DNA of 41,493 nt from an uncultured Sulfuritalea sp. (GTDB lineage: Bacteria > Pseudomonadota > Gammaproteobacteria > Burkholderiales > Rhodocyclaceae). The stretch is taken from positions 1 through 41,493 of the forward strand of contig CAYNGV010000001.1 in NCBI GenBank assembly GCA_964397005.1, written 5' to 3'. The translations under genes and the position numbers were made by a program. Positions within the stretch are counted from its first letter, which is position 1. The number at the start of each line of letters is the position of its first letter. Below the pieces are notes generated by a model. That model saw nothing but the letters and a program-made list of their open reading frames with translations. It was not told the origin of the DNA and did no database searches. Below, piece after piece: positions 1-10,434 of the stretch.

Positions 1-63
1 TATGTCTCCGAGGGACGAGGGGACGGTATCCCGGTGATATGTCTCCGCGAAAAGCGAAAAGCG

Positions 64-1995
64 TCAGGCTGCCGCCAGCTTCTCCAGCGGAATGAAGGTA
101 GAACGAGGGACGCCGCGGCCTTCCCCGAAGGCGCCGAGGACTTCCTTCATGTCAAGAATCAGCACAATCTGTCCATTCGACAGCGTGGTGACACCGGCGA
201 CGCCCTTGGGACGGAAGTCGTCAAGCGACTTGATCACGGCATCTTCACGACCCATGAAGCCGTCGATGGCGAGAATGAATGCATGCTCAGCCATCTGCAT
301 CAAAACGCCATACTCGGGAACCAGATCGGACGACCAGCCCAGCAAGTGGCTCAGCGGATACATCTGCATGACCTCACCGCGGACAACCATGGTGGCGCAT
401 CCGCCCACCTCCTGCACCGCCTCGATCTTGATGGGCAGGATTTCCCTGACCATGGACAGCGGCACGGCGAATGGCTGTTCGCCAAGCTTCACCAGCAGTA
501 CCGGCAGGATCGCCAGCGTCAGCGGCAGGGAAATGATGAAGGTCGACCCCTTGCCCAGCACGCTCTTGATCTCAATGGAGCCATTGAGCTTCTGGATGTT
601 GGTCTTGACCACATCCATGCCAACGCCGCGGCCGGACACATCGGACGCCACATCCTTGGTCGAGAAGCCCGGCAGCATGACGAGGTTGAAGCTCTGCCGC
701 TCGTCCATGGTGTTGGCTTCTTCGTCGGTGATGATGCCCTTCTGCAAGGCCTTGGCACGCAGGCGCTCCGCGTTCATGCCGCGACCATCGTCGGAGACGA
801 TCAGTACGATGTGGTCGCCTTCCTGACGCGCCTCGAGGCGCACCTGGGACTTCTCCGGTTTGCCTGCCGCACGCCTGTCCTCGGTGGACTCGACACCATG
901 GTCGACGGCATTGCGGATCAGGTGAATGATCGGGTCGGACAAGTCCTCGATCATTGTCTTGTCAATTTCCGTGTCTTCACCCACCAGCACGAGTTCGACA
1001 TCCTTGCCCAGACTGCGGGCAAGATCACGTGCAATGCGGGGATACTTCTGGAACAGGCGGCCCACCGGCTGCATGCGGGTTTTCATCACCGCGTTTTGCA
1101 GGTCCGAAACCAGCAGATCGAGCTGGCTCACTGCCTGATCAAGCGAGTGCAAGGTCTCGGTATCCGAACGGCCGTTGAGAATGTCCGAGCGCAATGCATT
1201 CAGACGGTTCTTGGTCAGCCCGATTTCGCCTGAGAGGTTGAGTACCTGGTCGAGTCGCGTGGTATCGACCCGTATCGAGTTGTCGCGCGTCTTCTCCGTA
1301 TCGCGACGACCCACCGGAACCTGGGCCCCCGGCTTGTCACTGGCGCGGCGCCCGACGGCGGCATGGATGATCTGTTCCGGCGTCTCGCCGACAACATCAT
1401 GACTGCCGTGAGGTCCGGCGACCGTCGTTCCGGTCGCGGCGATGGCGGCAGCCGGTGCCGCGGCACCCGTCACGGCGTTGAACAGGTTGCTCCAATCAGG
1501 GCCGGCGCCCGCAGGTATCTGCGGGCTTGCCGCAGACGCGGCCATGGCAACGACGGGGGCTGTGGCAGAGGATGCCACGGACTTCGCAACCGAGGCCAGC
1601 GGCTCCCCGGCCAAGGCCGCCTTGAGTCTCGCGAGCACATCCGGATCAGCGGGCTCGGGCTGCGCACCGCGCTCCAGCACGCCGAACATGTCGCGCACTC
1701 CGGCCGTCGCCGCCATGATCACGTCCATGAGATCACCGGTGATGCTTAGCTCGCCATTGCGCAACCGGTCGAAAAGATTTTCCGTCAGATGGCAGAGCGT
1801 AACCAGTTCAGTGGCATTGAGAAAACCGGCACCGCCCTTGATGGTATGAAAGCCGCGAAAGATCTCGTTGAGCAGGGCATGATCCTGGGGATTCTGCTCG
1901 AGATCGACCAATTTGTTATCGACCCCGGACAACAGGTCCCCGGCCTCAACCAGAAAGTCCTGAAGCAGGTCTTCCATTCCTTGAAAGTCGCTCAT
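64..1995 (-). CDS. cheA: Chemotaxis histidine kinase CheA (F6/flagellar-type, Pseudomonas/Vibrio-like N-terminus)
   Basis: HPt FRGFHTIKGGAGFL, dimerisation IRVDTTRLD, HATPase HLIRNAVDHG/DDGRG/GRGVGMDVV, C-terminal CheW-like P5; follows cheY-cheZ. Confidence 0.95.
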   Translation of the reverse strand: MSDFQGMEDLLQDFLVEAGDLLSGVDNKLVDLEQNPQDHALLNEIFRGFHTIKGGAGFLNATELVTLCHLTENLFDRLRNGELSITGDLMDVIMAATAGVRDMFGVLERGAQPEPADPDVLARLKAALAGEPLASVAKSVASSATAPVVAMAASAASPQIPAGAGPDWSNLFNAVTGAAAPAAAIAATGTTVAGPHGSHDVVGETPEQIIHAAVGRRASDKPGAQVPVGRRDTEKTRDNSIRVDTTRLDQVLNLSGEIGLTKNRLNALRSDILNGRSDTETLHSLDQAVSQLDLLVSDLQNAVMKTRMQPVGRLFQKYPRIARDLARSLGKDVELVLVGEDTEIDKTMIEDLSDPIIHLIRNAVDHGVESTEDRRAAGKPEKSQVRLEARQEGDHIVLIVSDDGRGMNAERLRAKALQKGIITDEEANTMDERQSFNLVMLPGFSTKDVASDVSGRGVGMDVVKTNIQKLNGSIEIKSVLGKGSTFIISLPLTLAILPVLLVKLGEQPFAVPLSMVREILPIKIEAVQEVGGCATMVVRGEVMQMYPLSHLLGWSSDLVPEYGVLMQMAEHAFILAIDGFMGREDAVIKSLDDFRPKGVAGVTTLSNGQIVLILDMKEVLGAFGEGRGVPRSTFIPLEKLAAA

Positions 1996-2105
1996 ATCAA
2001 TCTCCTTGAAGCGACCTCAGTTCGGGCAAATGCGCGAGAAGGGCGCGCGAGGCCGAAACCAAAATCGTTCATTGCTTTCTCACTGGCAAATCGCCGGATT
2101 CCGGA

Positions 2106-2942
2106 TCAGAACCCGAGGCTTTCCAAAAGGTCATCCACTTGCGCCTGGCTCGTGGCAACGTCGTTGCGTCCTGCTGCACTGATAACCGGCCCGTTCAGCA
2201 AACCCTCCGGAGCATCCGCCTTGCGTTGTTCCGGCATGGCCTCGATCAACAGGGCCAGCAGTTGAGTCTCCATGTTCTGCACCACGTCCACTACCTTCTT
2301 GATCACCTGTCCCGTCAGATCCTGAAAATCCTGAGCCAGCATGATTTCCATCAACTGATCGTTGGTGGTCTTGAGCTTGGGCGGCGCTTCGGCAAAGTAG
2401 GTACGTGTGTCGGCGGCCAGCAGCTTGAATTCATCCACCGAGAGCTGATTGGCAAACATCTTGTCCCAGCGCTTTGACATTGCCTCCGATCGGGTCATCA
2501 GCTCGTCCTGAATCGGCTTGGCGATATCGGCAGCGTTCAATACCCTGGAGGCGGCCTGCTCCGTCATCTGCGCAATGTAGGTCAATCGCTGACGGGCGTC
2601 AGGGATCGCGTTGTGAGCGGTATCTTGCAACAACTTGTCGACCCCCAGCCCGCGCAGGCTGTCGTGTAATTGGCGCGCCAGATGGCCCAGACGATTAAAG
2701 ACAACTTCCTCATGGGGGCCGTCGCTGTCCCCACTGCTTGGGAGGGCGCTGGCCGCGGAGCCCACCGGCTGGGCCTGGGCTACACTGTCGAACAATGCCT
2801 GCAGATCATCCGAGTCGCCCGTGGCGTCCGAACGGGCCGGAGCAGGAGGCGGCACCGGCGGTGCGCCGGCAGCGATACTGTCGAACAATGCCTGGAGGTC
2901 TTCGGAATCGCTGCCATCATCTGCCTTGATAGGATTTGCCAT
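2106..2942 (-). CDS. cheZ: CheY-P phosphatase CheZ with acidic N-terminal extension
   Basis: IPDARQRL, AQDFQDLTGQVI catalytic motif, C-terminal QAQVDDLLESLGF. Confidence 0.95.
   Translation of the reverse strand: MANPIKADDGSDSEDLQALFDSIAAGAPPVPPPAPARSDATGDSDDLQALFDSVAQAQPVGSAASALPSSGDSDGPHEEVVFNRLGHLARQLHDSLRGLGVDKLLQDTAHNAIPDARQRLTYIAQMTEQAASRVLNAADIAKPIQDELMTRSEAMSKRWDKMFANQLSVDEFKLLAADTRTYFAEAPPKLKTTNDQLMEIMLAQDFQDLTGQVIKKVVDVVQNMETQLLALLIEAMPEQRKADAPEGLLNGPVISAAGRNDVATSQAQVDDLLESLGF
2784..2894. repeat. 18-bp exact direct repeat ACTGTCGAACAATGCCTG (2784-2801, 2877-2894) encoding duplicated DLQALFDS motif in CheZ
   Basis: Both copies read directly; protein DSEDLQALFDSIA / DSDDLQALFDSVA. 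Confidence 0.85.
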
Positions 2943-2971
2943 CGTGTTCTTTTCCTGATCGCGTGGCGCCC

Positions 2972-3373
2972 TCAGGCGCCCTGCCCCATCTTCTCGAATA
3001 TCTTCGCCAACTTCTCGTTCAAGGTGGCCGCCGTAAAAGGTTTGACGATGTAACCGGAAGCACCCGCCTGGGCTGCAGCGATGATGTTCTCCTTCTTCGC
3101 TTCGGCGGTGATCATGAGAAACGGCAAATGCTTCAATGCCGGATCCGCCCGCACCGACTGCAAAAGGGTCAGACCATCCATATTGGGCATGTTCCAGTCC
3201 GATACGACAAACTCGAAACCGCCCGCCTTCAACTTGCCCAACGCGACCGCGCCGTCTTCGGCCTCTTCGACGTTGGTGTACCCCAATTCCTTGAGCAGAT
3301 TGCGCACAATCCTGCGCATGGTCGAAAAGTCATCGACCACCAGAATCCTGAGCTTGCCGGGTTCAATCGCCAT
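2972..3373 (-). CDS. cheY: Chemotaxis response regulator CheY (motor-binding type)
   Basis: [34 protein letters not shown], nearly identical to canonical CheY. Confidence 0.97.
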   Translation of the reverse strand: MAIEPGKLRILVVDDFSTMRRIVRNLLKELGYTNVEEAEDGAVALGKLKAGGFEFVVSDWNMPNMDGLTLLQSVRADPALKHLPFLMITAEAKKENIIAAAQAGASGYIVKPFTAATLNEKLAKIFEKMGQGA

Positions 3374-3388
3374 GAGTTCTCAGCGCCA

Positions 3389-4363
3389 TCAATCGCGAGC
3401 AGCCTTGATCAGCATCGGGCGCAGGGTTTCTGCCAGCGCATCTGCGTCGAACTTTGCCACATAGGCGTCCACGCCCACGCTCTTGCCCATCGCCCGGTTG
3501 GCTTCCGATGAAAGCGACGAATGCATCACCACCGGAATCCCCGCAAAGCGCGCGTCGGACTTGATGTGCTTGGTCAGCACGTAACCGTCCATTTCAGGCA
3601 TCTCGGCATCGACCAGGATCAGATTGACCTCGTCGCGCAGGCTTTGTCCGGTCTGCTGCGAGTGGCTCGCCATGCCTGCAAGCCGGGTCCACGCCTCCAT
3701 GCCGTTCTGCGCATGCTTGTGCTTGACGCCGAGCTTGTCCATGACTTCCGCAATCTTCTTGCGCGCCACGACGGAATCATCGACGAAGAAGACGTTCAAA
3801 TTCTCGGCGTCCTGCATGCGTTCGATCTGGCCGATCACCGCCTCGCCAAAGGTATTTGCCATGATCTGCTCGACGTCGACGATCGATACCAGTTTGCCGT
3901 TGGGCAGTTCCGTGATGGCCGTGATGTAGGCATGCGAACCACTGGTCACCGACTCCGGTGCGCGCACCCTGTCCCAGTCAACGCGAATGATCCGGTCCAC
4001 ACCATGCACCAGAAAACCCAGCGTGCGCTTGCTGTATTCCGTGACCATCATCGAACCACCGCGGGTGGCGGGCGCGTCAGACAGATTCATGACCTTCGAC
4101 AGGGAGAGGACGGGGATCACATTGCCGCGCAGGCTGATCAGGCCCTCGACTCCGGCCGGCATATTCGGTGCCTTGGTGATGGTCGGCGTCTGGCTGACCT
4201 CACGCACCTTGAACACATTGATGCCGAAGGTTTCATGGGTACCCAGCGAAAACAAGAGTATCTCCATCCGGTTCGAACCCGCAAGCTTTGTCCGCGCATC
4301 AACGTTTTCCAGCAATGAATTGCCGTTCGAACCGGTGCTGGTGGATATCTGGGTGGAGCTCAT
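3389..4363 (-). CDS. cheV: CheV (CheW + receiver domain)
   Basis: FGINVFKVREV CheW domain plus receiver FVDDS..LVDAEMPEMDG..YVAKF. Confidence 0.93.
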   Translation of the reverse strand: MSSTQISTSTGSNGNSLLENVDARTKLAGSNRMEILLFSLGTHETFGINVFKVREVSQTPTITKAPNMPAGVEGLISLRGNVIPVLSLSKVMNLSDAPATRGGSMMVTEYSKRTLGFLVHGVDRIIRVDWDRVRAPESVTSGSHAYITAITELPNGKLVSIVDVEQIMANTFGEAVIGQIERMQDAENLNVFFVDDSVVARKKIAEVMDKLGVKHKHAQNGMEAWTRLAGMASHSQQTGQSLRDEVNLILVDAEMPEMDGYVLTKHIKSDARFAGIPVVMHSSLSSEANRAMGKSVGVDAYVAKFDADALAETLRPMLIKAARD

Positions 4364-4381
4364 GACAAACGACTCTCCCGT

Positions 4382-5353
4382 TCAGTGCGTGGTTGCGGCC
4401 GCGGGCTTGTTGCCGAGCAGCAGACGCCCCAGCGTTTCCGCCAGGCGATGGGGTTCAAATTTCGGTACATATTCATCGACGCCCACCGAACGGCCCAACT
4501 GCTGGTTGGACATCGATGACAAGGAGGAATGCATGATGACCGGTATCCCGGTAAAACGCGGATCAGCCTTGACGCTCTTGGTCAGAAGATAGCCGTCCAT
4601 TTCCGGCATCTCGACATCGGTCAGAATCAGTTGCACAAAATCCTTGACGTTCTTGCCGGTGGTTTCGGCGAGCGTCGCGATGCGCTGCAGTTCATCCCAA
4701 GCCGCGCGCCCGTTCACGGCGCTGAAGTGTTTGACGCCAAGAACGGCAAGGGTCCGCTCGATCTGGCCGCGCGCCACCGAGGAATCGTCGGCAAACAGTA
4801 TGGTCAGGTCGTCGCGGCCGAGAGGAGCTATGCCGTTGAATATCATCGCGTCGTCTTCCCTGTCTGTCTCTGCCAGGACCCGCTCGACATCGAGCATCAT
4901 CACCAAACGATTGTCGTTCAACTCGGTAACCGCCGTCACCAATCCACCCAGATTGGACGTCAGCATTTGCGGCGGCACGCGCATTTGCGACCAGTCGAGG
5001 CGCAGGATGGTATCGACGGATTCCACCAGAAAGCCCTGGGTTTTGCCGTTATATTCGGTCACGATCATGATGTCGCGGGGGCTGTCAGGCTGCATGCCGA
5101 TGTAGTCGGCCAGATCGACCACCGGAACCAGGGCGCCGCGCAGGCTGACCATGCCCTTCACTGCGGGAGGCATATCGGGCGCCGAAGTAATCGGCGGCGT
5201 GCGCATTACTTCCCGAACCTTGAAAACGTTGATACCGAATGTTTCGCGACGACCGGTACGATTGTCCAGACCGAGAGCGAACAACAATATCTCCAGCTTG
5301 TTGGTTCCTGCCAACCGGGTCCGAGCGTCAATGCTGTTGAGGAGTTCCGACAT
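4382..5353 (-). CDS. cheV: CheV (CheW + receiver domain), second paralogue
   Basis: FGINVFKVREV, FADDS, LTDVEMPEMDG, YVPKF. Confidence 0.93.
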   Translation of the reverse strand: MSELLNSIDARTRLAGTNKLEILLFALGLDNRTGRRETFGINVFKVREVMRTPPITSAPDMPPAVKGMVSLRGALVPVVDLADYIGMQPDSPRDIMIVTEYNGKTQGFLVESVDTILRLDWSQMRVPPQMLTSNLGGLVTAVTELNDNRLVMMLDVERVLAETDREDDAMIFNGIAPLGRDDLTILFADDSSVARGQIERTLAVLGVKHFSAVNGRAAWDELQRIATLAETTGKNVKDFVQLILTDVEMPEMDGYLLTKSVKADPRFTGIPVIMHSSLSSMSNQQLGRSVGVDEYVPKFEPHRLAETLGRLLLGNKPAAATTH

Positions 5354-5473
5354 TTACGAGCCTTTCAGCGCCGGCAGCAACACACGAGCCCCACGCGCGA
5401 CGAGCAATATTACGCCACTTTGCTGCGGAAGCGGCCTCCGCGGGCCGCAAAACCCCGGGACCAGGAAGCGCAT

Positions 5474-7174
5474 TCACTCGGTGCGATAACCGACGCGCAC
5501 ACCCCCCCAATGACGGCCCTTGACATAAACCGGCGCCGAGATGTCATGCATTATTTCTCCCGTATCCCGTCGGTAGGTTTGCAGCAGGAACGGAAGTTCG
5601 TGATCGCCGCAACGCTTGCCGACCGGATCGCCAAACACGCGCTTGGTACGATTGCCCACAAAATCCTTCTTCTCGTCGCCGGTGAGCGGCTGGCAGAAGC
5701 GGTTGTTGTGCGTCGGCACGTAGCCGCGCTGGTCGCAGGCGATCGAGTAGGCGACCTCCTTGTTGCCATCCAGCACCGGTTCCTGAATTCCCGGCAACAA
5801 CTTGTCGCAGAAACCGTCGAACCTGGTGTGGAACTTCTGCGGCTTGGTGTTGGCGATCGGCACGTAGTTCGGGTCGAACAGATCCTCAAGCTTGACCTGC
5901 CCTCGATCAACGGCATCCGAAAAAGCCTTGGACACGGCTTTCGCCATGCCCTGAACAACGCCCGGCATGCGCTCGTGCACCTTGAGCGCCTGTTCGCCCG
6001 CCACACCGAGTTTGAAAATGGTGCCGATTTCCTCTAGATTCATGGCGAGATAGTCGAGCTGATTCGCCTCGGCCAGGGTGTTCTTCGAACACTCCGTATT
6101 GCGATCGGCAAGACCCATGATGCTGCTGACGAGTTCAGCAATGGTTTGGGTCTTGTCGCTTTGCTGGTGCATGGTGCCGGCGATGGCGGATACTTTGTCC
6201 AGCGTCGCCTGTGCGCCTTCCTTGATTTGTCCCAGGGCCTCGGCAGCCTGCTTCGCCAACTGCGCGCCGTTTCCTGCCTGCAAGGATCCTGCCTTGATGG
6301 TGGTGATCGCGTGAGTTGTCTCGCTTTGAATCGCGGCAATCACCGCACTGATTTCACTGGTGGCGGCCGTCGTGCGCTCCGCAAGCTTGCGCACCTCGTC
6401 GGCAACAACCGCGAAGCCACGTCCCTGCTCACCTGCCCGCGCCGCCTCGATTGCCGCGTTGAGCGCCAGCAGATTGGTTTGGTCGGCAATATCGTGGATC
6501 ACCTTGACGATGCCGGAAATCTGCACCGAGCGCTCTCCAAGCGCCGCAACAACCTGCGCCGACTGCTCCACCGAGGATGCAATGCGTTCGATTTCGGCGG
6601 CGGCATCATGCACAATCGCCGCGCCGCGCGAAGAATTCTCGCGCGCGGCAAGCGCGATGCGCGCCGTTTCCTCGGCGTGCTCGGCGGCAGCGTTCATATC
6701 TCCCGCCATTTCGGAACAGGCAATGGCAGCCGACTCCGCCGCCGCATTCTGCTGCTCCGAGCTTGATGCCGTCTCGCGTGCCTCGGCAATCAGCTTGTCG
6801 GCCGCCTGCGCCAATTGATTCGAATTGAAAAGAACCCGGGTAATGATGCCCTGCAAGCTCGCCATCAACTCGTTGTAGGCAGCGGCGGCCGGTGCCGCGC
6901 TGGAAGCCTCCGGAACCACCACCCGCCGCGCCAGATCGCCATCGTTGCGGGTCGTGTGCAGCACTTCGCGCATGTGATTGATCGGCCCGGCAACCGCGGA
7001 ATTGAAGTGCGCCGCCGGCACCACGACAACCAGGACGCCCAGCACCGCCAGCAAGACGATGACATCCAGCCCGAGGGCGCCGCCGGCATAGCTGACAACT
7101 CCAGCCCCGCCGCCGGCGACAATCAATCCGACGGCGATATGTACCCACGGCACACGAGACGTTGATCCAGACAT
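5474..7174 (-). CDS. Methyl-accepting chemotaxis protein with two TM helices, HAMP, signalling domain and an extra C-terminal domain
   Basis: [38 protein letters not shown]; about 180 aa appended after the hairpin (..[23 protein letters not shown]). Confidence 0.92.
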   Translation of the reverse strand: MSGSTSRVPWVHIAVGLIVAGGGAGVVSYAGGALGLDVIVLLAVLGVLVVVVPAAHFNSAVAGPINHMREVLHTTRNDGDLARRVVVPEASSAAPAAAAYNELMASLQGIITRVLFNSNQLAQAADKLIAEARETASSSEQQNAAAESAAIACSEMAGDMNAAAEHAEETARIALAARENSSRGAAIVHDAAAEIERIASSVEQSAQVVAALGERSVQISGIVKVIHDIADQTNLLALNAAIEAARAGEQGRGFAVVADEVRKLAERTTAATSEISAVIAAIQSETTHAITTIKAGSLQAGNGAQLAKQAAEALGQIKEGAQATLDKVSAIAGTMHQQSDKTQTIAELVSSIMGLADRNTECSKNTLAEANQLDYLAMNLEEIGTIFKLGVAGEQALKVHERMPGVVQGMAKAVSKAFSDAVDRGQVKLEDLFDPNYVPIANTKPQKFHTRFDGFCDKLLPGIQEPVLDGNKEVAYSIACDQRGYVPTHNNRFCQPLTGDEKKDFVGNRTKRVFGDPVGKRCGDHELPFLLQTYRRDTGEIMHDISAPVYVKGRHWGGVRVGYRTE

Positions 7175-7420
7175 GGTTTTCTCCGTTCAAGCTTTTGTAT
7201 AGCTTAAGCCATAAGTGGCTCATTGCATCAAGGAGACTCTGCTGAAAACAGGAATAGCAGCGGTCAACCGGCCAACATGTGCTTATTCCTTGAGTTCACT
7301 GTAGCAAAACCACAGCCGAACTCAAGGCTGAAGCCATCAAACCGTATTTGCCGGAAAGGCCTTACGGAGGCCTGTTGGAGCAACATGCGAACGGATGGTG
7401 CGCCCGAGGGACGCACCTCC

Positions 7421-7723
7421 TCAATCCATGCTGAACAGCTTGCCGAAGTTGGCGATATCCAGAATCTGCTTCACTGCATTGCGACATCCGGTCAATGCGA
7501 CTTCACGCGCGGCGCCCTTGGCCCTGTCACGCAGCATCAGGAGCATGCCCAGGGCGGAACTGTCGAGGTATTCGACACCGGCCAAATTGACTGTGATGGC
7601 TGAACCGGGACTCGCCAAGGCCGTGTCAACCGCTTCACGGAAATCACGATGCGAATTGAAGTCAAAACGACCCTGCAACGATATTTCGGCACGGCCTTCA
7701 GTGACGGCGACAGTAGCCTGCAT
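7421..7723 (-). CDS. STAS domain / anti-sigma-factor antagonist (100 aa)
   Basis: LQGRFDF..VEYLDSSALGMLL..ILDIANF; start moved to ATG 7723 after a GAGGA SD. Confidence 0.9.
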   Translation of the reverse strand: MQATVAVTEGRAEISLQGRFDFNSHRDFREAVDTALASPGSAITVNLAGVEYLDSSALGMLLMLRDRAKGAAREVALTGCRNAVKQILDIANFGKLFSMD

Positions 7724-7790
7724 GGATATTTCCTCGCTAAAACAGGGGTTGCTGGCGCGCCAAGTATAGCCCGATTCGATGCGGCCCGAA

Positions 7791-8864
7791 TCAGCCTCCG
7801 GTGCCGCGCTTGTCCAGTGCGCGCAGCTTTGCCATGATGCTTCCCGCGATATCGGCGAGGCTTGCCACTTCATCCAGTGCGCCGATTTCAGCGGCCTCTC
7901 GCGGCATCCCATAGACAACGCAAGAAGCCTGATCCTGTCCGATATTCCAGGCCCCGGCCTGGCGCATGGCCAGCAAGCCCCGCGCACCATCCTTGCCCAT
8001 GCCGGTGAGGATTACGCCAATGGCACTTTTTCCCACCTGCTCGGCGACCGACCTGAACAGCACATCGACTGCCGGCCGATGACGATTTACCGGCTCTTCG
8101 CGAGACAACTCGAGCACAAGCCCGCCGCCGCTTTTTCGGACCCGCATGTGCGAATGCCCGGGCGCCAGGTAGGCCATGCCGGGTTGCAGACGCTCGCCGC
8201 CCTGAGCCTCGATCACCGTCAGTTTGGACAAGCTGTTGAGCCGCTGGGCAAAGGATGGCGTAAAGCTTTCCGGCATGTGCTGCACCATGACAATGGGCGG
8301 AATTTCTCCCGGCAGGGAACCGAGCACTTCCTTGATGGCCTCCGTTCCTCCCGTCGAGGCGCCGATGGCAATTACCCTCTCGGCCAGCAGCCGCGGCGAG
8401 AAGCCGCCCTTCGGCTGCGCAAAAGTCGGCGCTGGCGGCACGGCGATGCGCGACGCCGACTTCAGGTGCGCACCGCTTGCAGCACGGATCTTGTCCCGAA
8501 TATCCTCCGCATAGCCTTGCAGCATGGAGATATTCTCTGCTCGCGGCTTGGCCAGATAATCAACCGCGCCGAGTTCGAGTGCCTTGAGGGTGACGTCGGA
8601 ACCCGCCGCGGTGAAAGAAGAAATCATGATCACCGGCATCGGGCGCAAACGCATCAGCCGATCAAGGAATTCGAGGCCGTTCATGCGCGGCATTTCGACG
8701 TCAAGCGTCAACACGTCGGGGTTCAGCGTCTTGATCATTTCGCGCGCCGCGACCGGGTCCGGCGCCGCGCCGACCACTTCGAGATCCGGTGCGCCATTGA
8801 TGATCTCGGTCAGCAGCGCACGCATCAGTGCGGAGTCATCAACGATAAGTACCTTGATGGGCAT
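7791..8864 (-). CDS. cheB: Protein-glutamate methylesterase CheB
   Basis: Receiver plus GASTGG, VQHMP, TGMGKDG catalytic S-H-D motifs. Confidence 0.97.
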   Translation of the reverse strand: MPIKVLIVDDSALMRALLTEIINGAPDLEVVGAAPDPVAAREMIKTLNPDVLTLDVEMPRMNGLEFLDRLMRLRPMPVIMISSFTAAGSDVTLKALELGAVDYLAKPRAENISMLQGYAEDIRDKIRAASGAHLKSASRIAVPPAPTFAQPKGGFSPRLLAERVIAIGASTGGTEAIKEVLGSLPGEIPPIVMVQHMPESFTPSFAQRLNSLSKLTVIEAQGGERLQPGMAYLAPGHSHMRVRKSGGGLVLELSREEPVNRHRPAVDVLFRSVAEQVGKSAIGVILTGMGKDGARGLLAMRQAGAWNIGQDQASCVVYGMPREAAEIGALDEVASLADIAGSIMAKLRALDKRGTGG

Positions 8865-8872
8865 GGGGTCCT

Positions 8873-9475
8873 CTAGAACAGTTCGATATCACCCGATACC
8901 GGCGCTTCGGTGAGGCGCGCCGCGTATTCGGTCTCGCGTCGTATCAGCGTGTCGTTGTGCAGGCGGGTCAACTTCTTGACGAAAACGCGGCCGGTGGCCG
9001 GAAAAAAGTAGATCTTGCGCGGATGAACGTCGAGCAGATCCTGCGCGGAAACAAAAATGCCTTCGGTACGCAGGAAATCAAGCACGAAGCCGCAGTTGCG
9101 TTCACCGACGTTCAAACTGGACAGGGCGGCCATGACCCGTCCCCCACCAAACACCTTGGCCTCCAGATTGCCGCGACGGGCGCCGAGCTTGAGCAGGTGG
9201 TTGATCAGGATTTCCATGGCGTAGGTGCCATAGCGGGCTGAAGCCGAGTAGGGTGACTGCTCGGCTGAATCGGCCAGCATGAAATGGTTCATGCCGCCAA
9301 TGCCTTTCTCCCTGTCGCGAATACAGGCGGAAACGCACGAACCCAGCACCGTCACCAGCAACATGTCGGTGGTCGTCACGAAATACTCGCCCGGCAACAC
9401 CTTGACCGCCTCGGCGCTGAAAGTCGGATCAAAGTAGCGGTTGCCCGCCAGATGCTCGACGAATCCCGCATCCAT
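8873..9475 (-). CDS. cheD: Chemoreceptor glutamine deamidase CheD (200 aa)
   Basis: TVLGSCVSAC, GGMNHFML, ARYG, AKVFGGG; start moved to ATG 9475 just after the cheR stop. Confidence 0.95.
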   Translation of the reverse strand: MDAGFVEHLAGNRYFDPTFSAEAVKVLPGEYFVTTTDMLLVTVLGSCVSACIRDREKGIGGMNHFMLADSAEQSPYSASARYGTYAMEILINHLLKLGARRGNLEAKVFGGGRVMAALSSLNVGERNCGFVLDFLRTEGIFVSAQDLLDVHPRKIYFFPATGRVFVKKLTRLHNDTLIRRETEYAARLTEAPVSGDIELF

Positions 9476-9477
9476 GG

Positions 9478-10329
9478 TCAAAGCCTTGTCGCCGGCGCTG
9501 ACGCCGGCCGGTCGGCCCGCTCGTACACCGTGCGACCGAGCGAGCGGAACACATCGGCGGCATGCAGAAAACTTTCTGAATGGCCGGCAAACAGCAGGCC
9601 GTCCTCGCGCAGCAAGGGTGCGAACTTCTTCAGGATCGCGCGCTGCGTCGGCTTGTCGAAATAGATCATGACATTGCGGCAGAACATGACGTCGAAGGGA
9701 CCTTGCAGCGGCAGGCGTGCATCTAGCAGATTGATGCGGGTAAAGCTCATCAGTTTCTGCAACTCGGGCCGCACCCGCACGTAGCCTTCCTGCACACCGC
9801 TGCCCTTGAGGAAGAAACGGCGCAGTCGGTCGGCACTCAGTTTCTCGACCCGCTCCATGGGGTAGACGCCCTTTGCCGCCGTGGCCAGCACATTGGTATC
9901 TATGTCGCTGGCGACAATCGCGACCGGCGGCGTCAGCGTGTCGAAAGCCTCGCAGGCCGTCATGGCCAGGGTGTACGGCTCCTCGCCGGTCGACGCCGCC
10001 GAACACCAGATGCGGACGGGACGCTGCTTCAGTTCGCGCAGATGACGAATCAGGATGTCGAAGTGATGCGCCTCGCGAAAGAATGAAGTGAGATTGGTCG
10101 TCAGCGAATTGACGAATACCTCCCATTCCGCTTCATCGTTGGTTTCGAGATGCGCCAGATATTGCCCGAAGGTGCTGTAGCCCAGCACCCGCAAACGACG
10201 CGCCAGCCGGCTATAGACCATGTCCTGCTTGATCGGCGCCAGGGAGATGCCGGCGTGCTTGTGGATCAGCGCGCGCACCCGCTCGAAATCAGCGGCAGTA
10301 AAGTGAAATTCGCGGTCGCGCTGTTCCAT
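9478..10329 (-). CDS. cheR: Chemotaxis methyltransferase CheR
   Basis: LTTNLTSFFREAHHF, WCSAASTGEEPY, FCRNVMIYFD, LFAGHSE. Confidence 0.97.
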   Translation of the reverse strand: MEQRDREFHFTAADFERVRALIHKHAGISLAPIKQDMVYSRLARRLRVLGYSTFGQYLAHLETNDEAEWEVFVNSLTTNLTSFFREAHHFDILIRHLRELKQRPVRIWCSAASTGEEPYTLAMTACEAFDTLTPPVAIVASDIDTNVLATAAKGVYPMERVEKLSADRLRRFFLKGSGVQEGYVRVRPELQKLMSFTRINLLDARLPLQGPFDVMFCRNVMIYFDKPTQRAILKKFAPLLREDGLLFAGHSESFLHAADVFRSLGRTVYERADRPASAPATRL

Positions 10330-10434
10330 TTTTTCGTCGGCCAGGTGGGCTCGCCTCGCAGGGCGGAAACTGATCGGATGAAGCGCCTGAAGGGCGCCCT
10401 CGGCACTCGTCAGACATGATTAAACAACTGACGA

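Noticed and set aside
1-47. 10-bp direct repeat TATGTCTCCG (1-10, 38-47)
   Set aside because: Only two short copies at the window edge; not a CRISPR or a definable element.
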